Of a stretch of DNA of 64,000 nucleotides, positions 20,439 to 29,544 are shown in pieces (positions within the stretch are counted from its first letter, which is position 1; each line of letters begins with the position of its first letter). A model generated the notes under the pieces. It was not told where the DNA came from. It did not search any database and was given only the letters and a program-made list of their open reading frames with translations. The stretch is taken from NCBI GenBank assembly GCA_049968235.1, contig JBMFRC010000003.1, forward strand, positions 32,001 to 96,000, given 5' to 3'. Source of the stretch: Candidatus Hydrogenedens sp. GTDB lineage: Bacteria > Hydrogenedentota > Hydrogenedentia > Hydrogenedentales > Hydrogenedentaceae. The position numbers and the translations under genes are program-made.

Positions 20439-20471
20439 TCGGATAAGTCGGACAGGTTGAGCAGGTCCGAC
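20439..20471. repeat. Dispersed intergenic motif, copy 1 (TCGGATAAG-TCGGAC plus GTCGGAC/GTCCGAC hairpin)
   Basis: tcggataagtcggacaggttgagcaggtccgac. Tandem 9-mers TCGGAYNNG. Related copies at 43454-43470, 45535-45560 and 52888-52922. Confidence 0.5.
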
Positions 20472-20477
20472 GAAAGA

Positions 20478-21983
20478 TTATTCTTCATAAGTTCTTAGTG
20501 CTCTTGCCCATTGTTCCATACGCCAGTCTGCATTTTTTATTCGCCAGCGGAGAAGTAAAGAGAGGTAATAATTTATAAGGGAGTGATACCTCTTATCATT
20601 TGCTAAATCATTTATTTCTCCATCCGAATAAGAGATGTCAAAAAGTCGAGGAGGTAATATATCTTCTCCAAAGAAGACACATTTGTATCTTGTATCACGG
20701 ACCACACACAGTAAACATTTTTCGGGGTCTGTTTTTTCTTGCTCCTCCGGAGTAAGATGATAGTAATAGTAATATTCTGAAAAGATGGCTTTGCGGTTAA
20801 TCGAATATATTTTATTATGAATACGGGGTAATAAATTATTCCCTTGAAAAAGGGGATAGATGGGAATGTTGAGGTAATCACAAATTGTAGGTGCTATATC
20901 AATTAATTCGACCAAATCATGTATTATTTGCCCCCGAGTGGAACTTGCTTGTTCTGATGGGTCATATATAATTAATGGAACATGATAAGCACCATCAAAG
21001 TAATGAGATTTGCCAGTTAAAAAATGGTCCCCTAAATGTTCTCCATGGTCGGAAGTAAATATAATCAAAGTGTTATTCCATAAATCATGAGATTTTAAGT
21101 AATCAAATAAAATTCCGAGATTAAAATCTAATTCTGTAATCATTCCATAGTAGGCAGAACGAAAGTCCTGCAAATGTGTCGGATTTATCAAGGCATTACA
21201 AGCGTCTTTTCCCAATCTTTTGAAGTAAGGGTCGTTTTGGTAATAATCTAATCTGGCTCGTATAGGGGGAGGAAATGTGGTATTCCGATAGAGTTTATGG
21301 TAAGGGTCCGAGCATAGATTGGGACTATGCGGTTTAATATAATTCAAACTCAAAAACCATGAAGAGTCTTTTTGATGATGGATATAGTCAATCGCTTTTT
21401 CTGTTATGAATCTACATTCACTATGTTCCGCTTTATAATGTGCAGGATAATATTCAGGTAGATGTTCTTGTGGTCCTGCAGTTGGGACATCGGGTTGACA
21501 CATGTATTCACGAGTGCACTGCTCCTGGGGGTAACCTTTTTCCCGCAGGAATACATACCATTCCGGCGAGTCATATTCATGTTGAAACAGGTGATTAAAT
21601 CCGGGCAGGGCATATTCATAACTCAACGAAAAACGATGAGGGTGATTCGATGGAAGAATCTCAGGGTCTTTCGCATAGTCATTGTAGCCAATCAATGTTG
21701 GGTCATAGTTATAACGACGCAAATAGAACGCAAGATTTTCTTTGGCATGGCGAAGAGGTGTTTTATTCCAGAGGCAACCATGCGAAAACATATACCTGCC
21801 TGTGAACATACACATACGGCTTGGAGCACATGGGGTAGCCTGAGCAAAACAATTGGAGAACACGGCACTTTCTTTACACAGACTGTCTAGATGGGGTGTT
21901 TGTATTATTGAATTTCCTGAATACCCTAAACAGTCTGCTCGAAACTCATCACTAATAATCCATAAAACATTCTTCGCTGGCAT
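20478..21983 (-). CDS. Sulfatase (arylsulfatase family)
   Basis: Sulfatase signature C-x-P-S-R in ATPCAPSRMCMFTGRY. N-terminal LWIISDEFRAD metal-binding region. Confidence 0.8.
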   Translation of the reverse strand: MPAKNVLWIISDEFRADCLGYSGNSIIQTPHLDSLCKESAVFSNCFAQATPCAPSRMCMFTGRYMFSHGCLWNKTPLRHAKENLAFYLRRYNYDPTLIGYNDYAKDPEILPSNHPHRFSLSYEYALPGFNHLFQHEYDSPEWYVFLREKGYPQEQCTREYMCQPDVPTAGPQEHLPEYYPAHYKAEHSECRFITEKAIDYIHHQKDSSWFLSLNYIKPHSPNLCSDPYHKLYRNTTFPPPIRARLDYYQNDPYFKRLGKDACNALINPTHLQDFRSAYYGMITELDFNLGILFDYLKSHDLWNNTLIIFTSDHGEHLGDHFLTGKSHYFDGAYHVPLIIYDPSEQASSTRGQIIHDLVELIDIAPTICDYLNIPIYPLFQGNNLLPRIHNKIYSINRKAIFSEYYYYYHLTPEEQEKTDPEKCLLCVVRDTRYKCVFFGEDILPPRLFDISYSDGEINDLANDKRYHSLINYYLSLLLRWRIKNADWRMEQWARALRTYEE

Positions 21984-21993
21984 AAGGTTCTTC

Positions 21994-24426
21994 CTAATAA
22001 ATAATTTCCCAGATATATTTCATAATCTCTTTGTTTTGTATCTCTTGCCATTCTGTTAATTTTTCAAGAAAACCCTGCTCATCATTTAATAGAGAATAGG
22101 TATCCATCAAACCAAGCCAAGCAGGGGCATAATATGGAAATATTTGAACCGCTTCTTCCAACAAACAATTCCCCTGCTCAATATCACCTCTGGATAATAA
22201 CTCCTCTGCTTCTTTCGTAAACAGACAGGTTAATTTGTAGTAATTGTATATATTTGAGGGTGAAACTGAAATTGCCTTTCGTAATAGTTCTATTGACTTC
22301 CGGATTTGATTTTCATCTTCATAGATATTAGATAAAAAACTGTAAGGCAACTCGGATTGGGTATCCTTTTGGATTATTTCCAATAAGGTTTCTTTTAATA
22401 GTTCCTTTTCTGCTCTACTCTGGGCTTGATTGCTAATATATTCAAAACTATCAAATGACCATGGACTTTTCTGCAGGACTTCTTTCCATTGTGTTATTTT
22501 TTGTTGGAAGGATAGATTTTTGTTTTCATTGATTAAAACACATTGGGCTAATGTTTTTCGGAAAGGCAGAGAGTAGGGTTCTGCTATTAATTTTTTACTA
22601 ATCTCTATTGCCTTTTCTTTTTTATCCTGTTTTATTGCCCATTTAAGAGAGAGATTTAGATAAATATCATGCGGGTAAATAACAGATTTTTTTATCTTAT
22701 CTAAAGCGTATTCCACAGTTTCCTTGTCGTCTGCATAATAAGCAAAAATAAATAATAAGTAATAAAGATTTATATTTTCTGGATAAATCTTACATAGTCT
22801 CTTTGTCTTTGAAATACCCTGACGAAAAGAACCCAAATTATTTAAAATGTCCAAACAGATTAAGGATAAATTAATGTCGTTAGGAGTGGTGTTTAAAATC
22901 TCAAATAGCATTTCGGCAGTTCTTATATCATAATGAAATTCATGAACGGCTTCTCTGGGAGAGAAAGGAAGAACGTTTTCTTTTAATTGTGTAAGGATTT
23001 CTTTGTAATTAAACGTTTTACATTCATTCGGGAAATAAATTAAATTTGTAGGTGATTCTATGTAGGCATGAACGTAATACTCCTGTTCTTTATTTTTCGT
23101 AATGCCTAATCTTATTTTCACATCTTCAAACGAAGGGATTGGAAAGGATTTTAATGAGTAGTAATGGATAATTTCATGGAGATATGCACAGGCAATAAGA
23201 TAACTTCCATAGAAATTAAGATGACATGAATCTATAAATAAATCATTGCCGGGGATATTCTTTATTGCATGTTGAGAAAGTGTTTGTGTTACAGGGATTA
23301 AAGAGACATTTTGAGATTGAGAATATTCCTGTGCGATTTTGGTAATGGTCTGATTGATAAAAGGTTTTGCTCGAACAAAACCGAAACCATCTTTATCACA
23401 TGCCTCCAGAAAATATTTTCTTGCTTCTTCCGTGTTATTCTCTGCTAATAATGACCATGCGAAAAAGAAATTAAGAATAGCAGGTGAAGAATCAATCCGC
23501 ATGGCTTGTGTAAAAGCATTCTTTGCCTCTATAATATTTTTTTCTTTCAGGAAGTCCAAACCTTTATTAAAATCTTCATTCCATTTTTCTGCTTCTGCAT
23601 TTGTTATATCACTTCGGAACCACGACTCTATAGGTTGCCAATCACGCAAGTTGGCTCCCATCGTGCTGATGAAAATAGGGATATGTTTTTGGGTTAGTGT
23701 GTTTATAATAGATTTAAGATTTTTTTCAAAATTATTTTTTACCATATCCACTTTAGGGTCATCCCATCGAATGGTATGTGTTGATTTTTGAGGGGAAGTT
23801 ATTCTTAGAGAGATTGCCCATTTACGGAGTTGTTGGACGAGATAAAAATTTTGCAAATATATATGAGTTTGCACAATCCAGGGAGAAAAAGGAATAGAAT
23901 TTTTAAACGAATGAAGCAGACCAAAAGTCCCATGGGTTTCATTATTTCCCATATAAAATATAACAAGGTCCGGTTGTAAGAAGAGGCTATTTTCTACCAA
24001 ATAACGAAGGATATGTGAATTAATTCCAGCAAAACATAAATTGAACACTTCCCAGCGATGTTCTGGATAAAGCATGTTTAACATCACTTCCAGAAACTTT
24101 CCCATCGAATAACTCGAATCCGGCCAGCCTAATGCGGCAGACTCTCCGAAAACGAAGATACGGATAGTATTATCTGGTTTTGGTAATTGAATAACTGTTA
24201 TGTGGGGTTCGTATTCTAATGGATTAACAGGATGTTCAAAGAATTGTTGATAGAAAGCAATATTTTTTGTATATATTCTTTTATCTCCAACAACCTGTTC
24301 TCTCCATGGAAATCGGTTTTCACCCCAACCTTTATAACGCAGAAAGCCTTCTATGCCAGCAAGGATAAGAAGAGGAATAATGAGATAAAAAAACAAATAT
24401 TTACATAATTTTATGATAAATTTCAT
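21994..24426 (-). CDS. Membrane-anchored SGNH/GDSL-type hydrolase domain fused to a long TPR-repeat region
   Basis: N-terminal TM helix. IFVFGESAALGW is a GDSL-like block I. The C-terminal two-thirds are TPR-like repeats. Its start codon overlaps the stop of the upstream gene (TAATG). Confidence 0.55.
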   Translation of the reverse strand: MKFIIKLCKYLFFYLIIPLLILAGIEGFLRYKGWGENRFPWREQVVGDKRIYTKNIAFYQQFFEHPVNPLEYEPHITVIQLPKPDNTIRIFVFGESAALGWPDSSYSMGKFLEVMLNMLYPEHRWEVFNLCFAGINSHILRYLVENSLFLQPDLVIFYMGNNETHGTFGLLHSFKNSIPFSPWIVQTHIYLQNFYLVQQLRKWAISLRITSPQKSTHTIRWDDPKVDMVKNNFEKNLKSIINTLTQKHIPIFISTMGANLRDWQPIESWFRSDITNAEAEKWNEDFNKGLDFLKEKNIIEAKNAFTQAMRIDSSPAILNFFFAWSLLAENNTEEARKYFLEACDKDGFGFVRAKPFINQTITKIAQEYSQSQNVSLIPVTQTLSQHAIKNIPGNDLFIDSCHLNFYGSYLIACAYLHEIIHYYSLKSFPIPSFEDVKIRLGITKNKEQEYYVHAYIESPTNLIYFPNECKTFNYKEILTQLKENVLPFSPREAVHEFHYDIRTAEMLFEILNTTPNDINLSLICLDILNNLGSFRQGISKTKRLCKIYPENINLYYLLFIFAYYADDKETVEYALDKIKKSVIYPHDIYLNLSLKWAIKQDKKEKAIEISKKLIAEPYSLPFRKTLAQCVLINENKNLSFQQKITQWKEVLQKSPWSFDSFEYISNQAQSRAEKELLKETLLEIIQKDTQSELPYSFLSNIYEDENQIRKSIELLRKAISVSPSNIYNYYKLTCLFTKEAEELLSRGDIEQGNCLLEEAVQIFPYYAPAWLGLMDTYSLLNDEQGFLEKLTEWQEIQNKEIMKYIWEIIY

Positions 24427-25343
24427 TATTTGCTGGATTCTTTTTTCTCCTGGCTTGTATCGGTTTTGTTAGTCTTTTGTGCAAGGCATGTTTTTATGTC
24501 CTGTTGTATTTTTTGGAGTTCTGAAATATCTCCCTGAGGCATCCATACGCCAATGATTCGGTTTTTTGATAATGATATAACTGCCGTTTCTGATGCCGGA
24601 GAAGTAATCACAATTTCATTTTCCTGAGATTGATACTCTGCCCCAATTTCTTCTAAGTAATTTCGATATTCATTCCATCCTTTATTCGTTTCTATATCAT
24701 CATGGAACATTACTATGAAGCCTGTTGCGGTTTTATCTCCTATTTTGTAAAGTGCGGTAGTTCCGCGAGGTAGAAAGGATTGTGCGAGAACATCTTTAGC
24801 AAGATAGCATTCCGAACGAGGAATTTTATCAAGTTGGTCTAAACATAACAATTCCGGAACGGTATCCTCTGATTTGGGAAATAATCGAGATATTTCTTTG
24901 CCAAAAAACTCAAGAACTGATTTTGCATTTTGCGTTTGCTGTATCAGGAGTTTAACAAAATATTGTGCCTGGTAAAACATGGCTTGATTCTCACCAATAA
25001 AACCGTCCTGCCCATATGGGAAAACATCCTTATTGCGGTCTCGATGGACAGAGTATATTCCAAAGGCTTCCAGAGGCGTTGCCATCCGGTATATTTGAAC
25101 CTCAATACTATTTTCAGGATTGGAATCATTATGATAGAAAAGGACGGTTAATTTCTGAAAGTTATAAGGTAAATATCGGTCAGCATCGCCATCAATATAA
25201 TCGAACAGGGTATCCGGCAGAAATTCTAAAACCTTCTGCTCCTTTGTCCATGAACCGATTTTATCGGGAATTTTATCGATTGAAAACGACCCGGCATTTG
25301 TCCCGATAGCACATAAATATATTGCAGTTATGATGTATGCCAT
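24426..25343 (-). CDS. Hypothetical secreted protein
   Basis: 305-aa ORF with an N-terminal signal-like segment and no recognisable motifs. Translationally coupled to the SGNH/TPR gene. Confidence 0.45.
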   Translation of the reverse strand: MAYIITAIYLCAIGTNAGSFSIDKIPDKIGSWTKEQKVLEFLPDTLFDYIDGDADRYLPYNFQKLTVLFYHNDSNPENSIEVQIYRMATPLEAFGIYSVHRDRNKDVFPYGQDGFIGENQAMFYQAQYFVKLLIQQTQNAKSVLEFFGKEISRLFPKSEDTVPELLCLDQLDKIPRSECYLAKDVLAQSFLPRGTTALYKIGDKTATGFIVMFHDDIETNKGWNEYRNYLEEIGAEYQSQENEIVITSPASETAVISLSKNRIIGVWMPQGDISELQKIQQDIKTCLAQKTNKTDTSQEKKESSK

Positions 25344-25477
25344 TACAAGTATCCTTTACTGATGGTTGTATTATCACATGTCATCTTTGTCATAATTATA
25401 AGAATAAGAAAAAAGCACTATATATTTCACATTAAGTGGCATATCATTTGTCTTGCTAAAACGATAGGAGTAGTTCT

Positions 25478-26587
25478 ATGTTGTACAAGGAATATGGAAA
25501 GACAGGGTTAAAGGTTTCGCGATTAGGTATGGGCGGTATGCGTTTTGAGGACCCGCATAAGACAGAGAAAATGGCTGAAGTGCTCATTCGTGCATATGAA
25601 TTAGGGATTAATTTTTTTGATACGGCTCCCTCTTATTGTGATGACCAGAGTGAGATTATTTATGGATGTGCCTTCAAGCAAATGAAAAAGCCTCGCGATA
25701 GTTTTTATGTCTGTTCCAAAACGATGGCAGATAATCCTAAGGATATTCGCGAAGCATGTATGCGTAGTCTGGACAGGCTCGGGCTGGATTATCTGGATTT
25801 TTATTATGTCTGGTGTCTGGTGCATCCCGAAGATTTGCCGAAACGGAAGAGGAACGGAGTATTGGACGGCTTCCGCCAACTAAAAGAAGAAGGACTGATT
25901 AAACACATTTGTGTTTCTACTCATCTGGAACATAAAAAAATTGCAGAGATGTTAGACCAGGGCGAGGGTTTATTTGAAGGAATGTTAATCGGTTTGAGTG
26001 CTATTAATTTCCCTTTGCGTTATCCCGGTGTTGTAGAGGCTGGAAAACGAGGTATGGGTGTAGTTACAATGAACACTTTAGGAGGTGGAATTATTACCCA
26101 GCATCCCGAACGGTTTTCATTCCTGATGAAAGAAGGAGATAAAAGTGTTCTTGATTCCGCTATTCGGTTTAACCTATCCCTGCCGGAAATAACTGTTGCA
26201 TTGGTGGGTTTTCGCAATGTAAACGATGCAGAAACCGCCGTAGAAAGTGTGAACCGATTCGAACAAATGGATTGGTCTGAGATTGAAGCGTTGCAAAAGC
26301 ACATAGCGGAAGTTCAACATGATTTTTGTACCCAATGCGGATATTGTGAAGGTTGTCCAGCAGAAATTCCTATTGTGCGATTGATGGACACATACAACTA
26401 TCGGCTTTTATTCGGTCCCGAAAAGGCAATGGAACATCTAAAATGGCACTGGTGGACCGAAGACATCCGCAGTATTATCGACAAATGTACCCAATGCAGA
26501 CATTGCGAAGAAGAATGCACACAAAGCCTCCCGATATTAGAGCGATTTCAGGAGTTATGCCGGGACTACGAAACATGGAAAAAGTAA
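25478..26587 (+). CDS. Aldo/keto reductase with C-terminal Fe-S (4Fe-4S ferredoxin-like) cysteine motifs
   Basis: AKR N-terminal region (GMGGMRF...FFDTAPSY...). C-terminal CTQCGYCEGCP and CTQCRHCEEEC. Confidence 0.75.
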   Translation: MLYKEYGKTGLKVSRLGMGGMRFEDPHKTEKMAEVLIRAYELGINFFDTAPSYCDDQSEIIYGCAFKQMKKPRDSFYVCSKTMADNPKDIREACMRSLDRLGLDYLDFYYVWCLVHPEDLPKRKRNGVLDGFRQLKEEGLIKHICVSTHLEHKKIAEMLDQGEGLFEGMLIGLSAINFPLRYPGVVEAGKRGMGVVTMNTLGGGIITQHPERFSFLMKEGDKSVLDSAIRFNLSLPEITVALVGFRNVNDAETAVESVNRFEQMDWSEIEALQKHIAEVQHDFCTQCGYCEGCPAEIPIVRLMDTYNYRLLFGPEKAMEHLKWHWWTEDIRSIIDKCTQCRHCEEECTQSLPILERFQELCRDYETWKK

Positions 26588-26695
26588 GGGAGAAATAAAG
26601 ATATACCGAGAGATAAAGGAGACTTCAATTTAATGATATATGGATAACTGCGTTAGGGGATATGTGTGTTATCTCTGGATTGGCGATAATCAGGA

Positions 26696-29128
26696 CTATT
26701 TTTGTGTAAGTTTTAAAGATGTTTTATATACATTAGTTATAGAGCAAAGAATCAAAGCGGTAATTGCCATATCAAACAAGGTATAACTAATACGGATTAG
26801 TGAAGTTAGTTGATTACCTTTACTTGCCATGATACCTCCACTAATAATTGCAATTACCAAGAAAAGTCCAGTAATCCATGAAAGTATTTTACTGTGGGCA
26901 TCTCTGTGTTGTGTAATTAAGAAGAATAGCGATACAAAGACAGGAAAAGCGGTAACATAAAAATGGTTTTTGTCGAACCAGAGCCTCTCAGGAATAACCC
27001 AAAAGGCAATATCAGGTTTGATGATTAAAATGAAGACACCGACTAAAATCAGTAAATACACGAGTGAAATCTGAAGAGATGTTAAGGCAAATTCGTTATG
27101 TGATGAACTTAGTTTATGTAATAGCCAAACTAAAGTAAAGAGAAATAGTAAAAATACAAGTTGATATTCAATGGGTTTTAATATTTGTTCTCGAAAGGCT
27201 GATAGGGTAACCATCCACCGACTTAAACCTAAACGAATATATTGTGGTTCGTAAACAGGTTTTCCATCCTTGCCAAAGGGATATTTAACGATATTTCTAA
27301 ACAACATACTTTGCGATGAAAAGGAATGACACTCAACGCAACCTTTTCTGCCGAGTGCTGATAAAGCCGGCGATACATCATGGTTATATTTATATACAGA
27401 AGCATATGGTGAAGACTCATACAAATCTTTGTTTATCCATTGGAATTCTGAACTATTAAAGTACATTCTATCATCGTTAACCCAAACTACCTTCTTATGA
27501 GCTAAATCATAACCTTTGCTTGTCAGCATATCTGTTACTGATTTAATAATCGCATCAATTTCTTCATCTCGATTTACCTCAGGGATGCCATCATTGTTAT
27601 CGTCTTTAATTTTTGCTAATTCAGGATATGCATTGGGGTCTTTCTGGTGAGTAACCCACATTTCATATACATCTTTCATCCGTGGTTGATGAAGTCCATT
27701 TTTACCCTTGGTGTAGATACCGGGCCAGGTACTATGCACAGGGTTAACAGGGAATATTTGTCCTTTATAGCGAGCATATTGTGGATAGAACAGGTCGGTT
27801 GGTTGGTCTTTTTCAGTAAATTGAGCCAGTTCTCCATAGTGATTCCAGTAATTCATATCTTGGTCATAAAAAGTCCAGACATACTTGGGTGGTGGTGTAA
27901 TTTTAGGACCTGGATTCAGCACATCACTTACTTGCACAAGTGCAGATTTTACTTTTCTTACAGGAATATGACAGGTTTGACAGGATAAACTTTCCATGTG
28001 AAATGGAGGCAACCATTCATGCCGGGCTATGGGCGCATTCATATATCCCTTAATGTGGCAATCGGTGCATTTCCGCATAGTGTTATCTAAATCATCGCGA
28101 ACAAAACCAGAAGGGTCGTCGCCTTTTCCAAACTGATGTTCTTCCTTCCCCTTAATTCGAGTATCTACTGCCATAGAACCAGCAGGATGACAATCAACGC
28201 ACTTTAATCCTTTTGCTATGTGTACATCTGTTAGCGGAGAAAAAGAGGCTCCTCGTTTTTTCCATTGAGGCTTAGAATGACAATTCAAACAATTTTCCAC
28301 TCTCGGTTCACGAACAAGATGAAGGGATACTTTCCCATCTTTATCAAATTTGGATATATCATATTGAATATTAATTTCCTCATTATCTTTTATAGAACCG
28401 TTTATCTTTGCTAAACCGCTTCCAATAGTTGCCATCCACTTAAAATTCCATTTTAAAAGATTTTCATTTCTTTCCTTGTAATCGTATTCAGGTAAATGAC
28501 ACATGTTGCAATCTGCCTCTGCAACGCCTGATTTTTTCCAGAAAGATTTATAGTAATCACCATCATAATTGTTTATCCCCCCATCCTCATAATTTGCTTT
28601 ATTCATATACTTATCATACCTGTTTCCTGTTCGGTCATATTCAAAAGGTCCACCCCCCGGATGACAGGTGCCACATCCATTAGCAAAAATGGTGAATGAA
28701 GTCATATCCATTTCTGTATCGGTTGTGTTTTCTTTTTTGGAAAGATAATTATAAAGGGGTGCTGGTGAACACCAATTACCCCCATAAAGACCGGGATATA
28801 ATACCCATTGGTATCGTTCTGCTAATTTATCCGTTACATTTTCATCTCTTCCCTGTTGGAAATGAAAACCTTTTGTTATCTTATCGTAATTATGACACTT
28901 CCCACAGGTCTGTTTTGTTGAATAAGGTTTGTCGGTATTAATATTATGAACAGGGTCAATCAGATTTCCATCTTCATCATATAAATAGAAAGGTGGACAT
29001 ACTCCTGACTGGGTAACTAAATCTCGTTTTATTGGGGGTATTCGTTCTTCATATTGATAATTAACCCGTGTAATATAACATGAAATCAATATTATCAAAA
29101 CAGTTAAAAAAAGATAACAAATTTTCAT
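26696..29128 (-). CDS. Multiheme c-type cytochrome (8 CxxCH motifs) fused to a C-terminal polytopic membrane domain
   Basis: CxxCH motifs CGKCH, CGTCH, CNMCH, CLNCH, CVDCH, CTDCH, CQTCH and CVECH. N-terminal signal anchor. The last ~200 aa contain about 5 predicted TM helices. Confidence 0.8.
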   Translation of the reverse strand: MKICYLFLTVLIILISCYITRVNYQYEERIPPIKRDLVTQSGVCPPFYLYDEDGNLIDPVHNINTDKPYSTKQTCGKCHNYDKITKGFHFQQGRDENVTDKLAERYQWVLYPGLYGGNWCSPAPLYNYLSKKENTTDTEMDMTSFTIFANGCGTCHPGGGPFEYDRTGNRYDKYMNKANYEDGGINNYDGDYYKSFWKKSGVAEADCNMCHLPEYDYKERNENLLKWNFKWMATIGSGLAKINGSIKDNEEINIQYDISKFDKDGKVSLHLVREPRVENCLNCHSKPQWKKRGASFSPLTDVHIAKGLKCVDCHPAGSMAVDTRIKGKEEHQFGKGDDPSGFVRDDLDNTMRKCTDCHIKGYMNAPIARHEWLPPFHMESLSCQTCHIPVRKVKSALVQVSDVLNPGPKITPPPKYVWTFYDQDMNYWNHYGELAQFTEKDQPTDLFYPQYARYKGQIFPVNPVHSTWPGIYTKGKNGLHQPRMKDVYEMWVTHQKDPNAYPELAKIKDDNNDGIPEVNRDEEIDAIIKSVTDMLTSKGYDLAHKKVVWVNDDRMYFNSSEFQWINKDLYESSPYASVYKYNHDVSPALSALGRKGCVECHSFSSQSMLFRNIVKYPFGKDGKPVYEPQYIRLGLSRWMVTLSAFREQILKPIEYQLVFLLFLFTLVWLLHKLSSSHNEFALTSLQISLVYLLILVGVFILIIKPDIAFWVIPERLWFDKNHFYVTAFPVFVSLFFLITQHRDAHSKILSWITGLFLVIAIISGGIMASKGNQLTSLIRISYTLFDMAITALILCSITNVYKTSLKLTQK

Positions 29129-29186
29129 TCGAGACCTCTAAATAAGTTATCCGAGTTAGGTAGTATATAAAACAGTGTATAGAAAT

Positions 29187-29225
29187 GAGACCTCTGAACC
29201 ATTATACTAATTGTTCAGAAGTCTC
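29187..29225 (-). promoter_or_regulatory. Leader hairpin in the cytochrome 5'UTR, with a duplicate of its 3' arm overlapping the SD
   Basis: Plus-strand GAGACCTCTGAAC-N13-GTTCAGAAGTCTC (12 of 13 positions complementary). A second GAGACCTCT sits at 29131-29139, immediately 5' of the start codon and covering the putative SD AGAGG. Confidence 0.4.
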
Positions 29226-29544
29226 ATTTGCAAATTGATAATAAGTTAATTTAAAGGGCGGAAAATATTTTGTTATACATTAGTCTGTATTTTGATGGTG
29301 AAATGGGAATCTTTTATTTCATAATGTGAAATATTGTCCCATATTAAATTAAGTAATTTTCATGCTTTTATATGTTTATTTATACTATCTATGAATTATT
29401 GCCTTCTTTGTTAATCTGTTTTATTAATAATTTATTCTATTCATTTTATCAGTTGAATTGCTGTCATTGGGACTATTCTTCGCAATTGTAATTCAGGGAT
29501 TATCCCATGATAGGTGGTGATGTAATAATCTTGACCGGGTTTGT

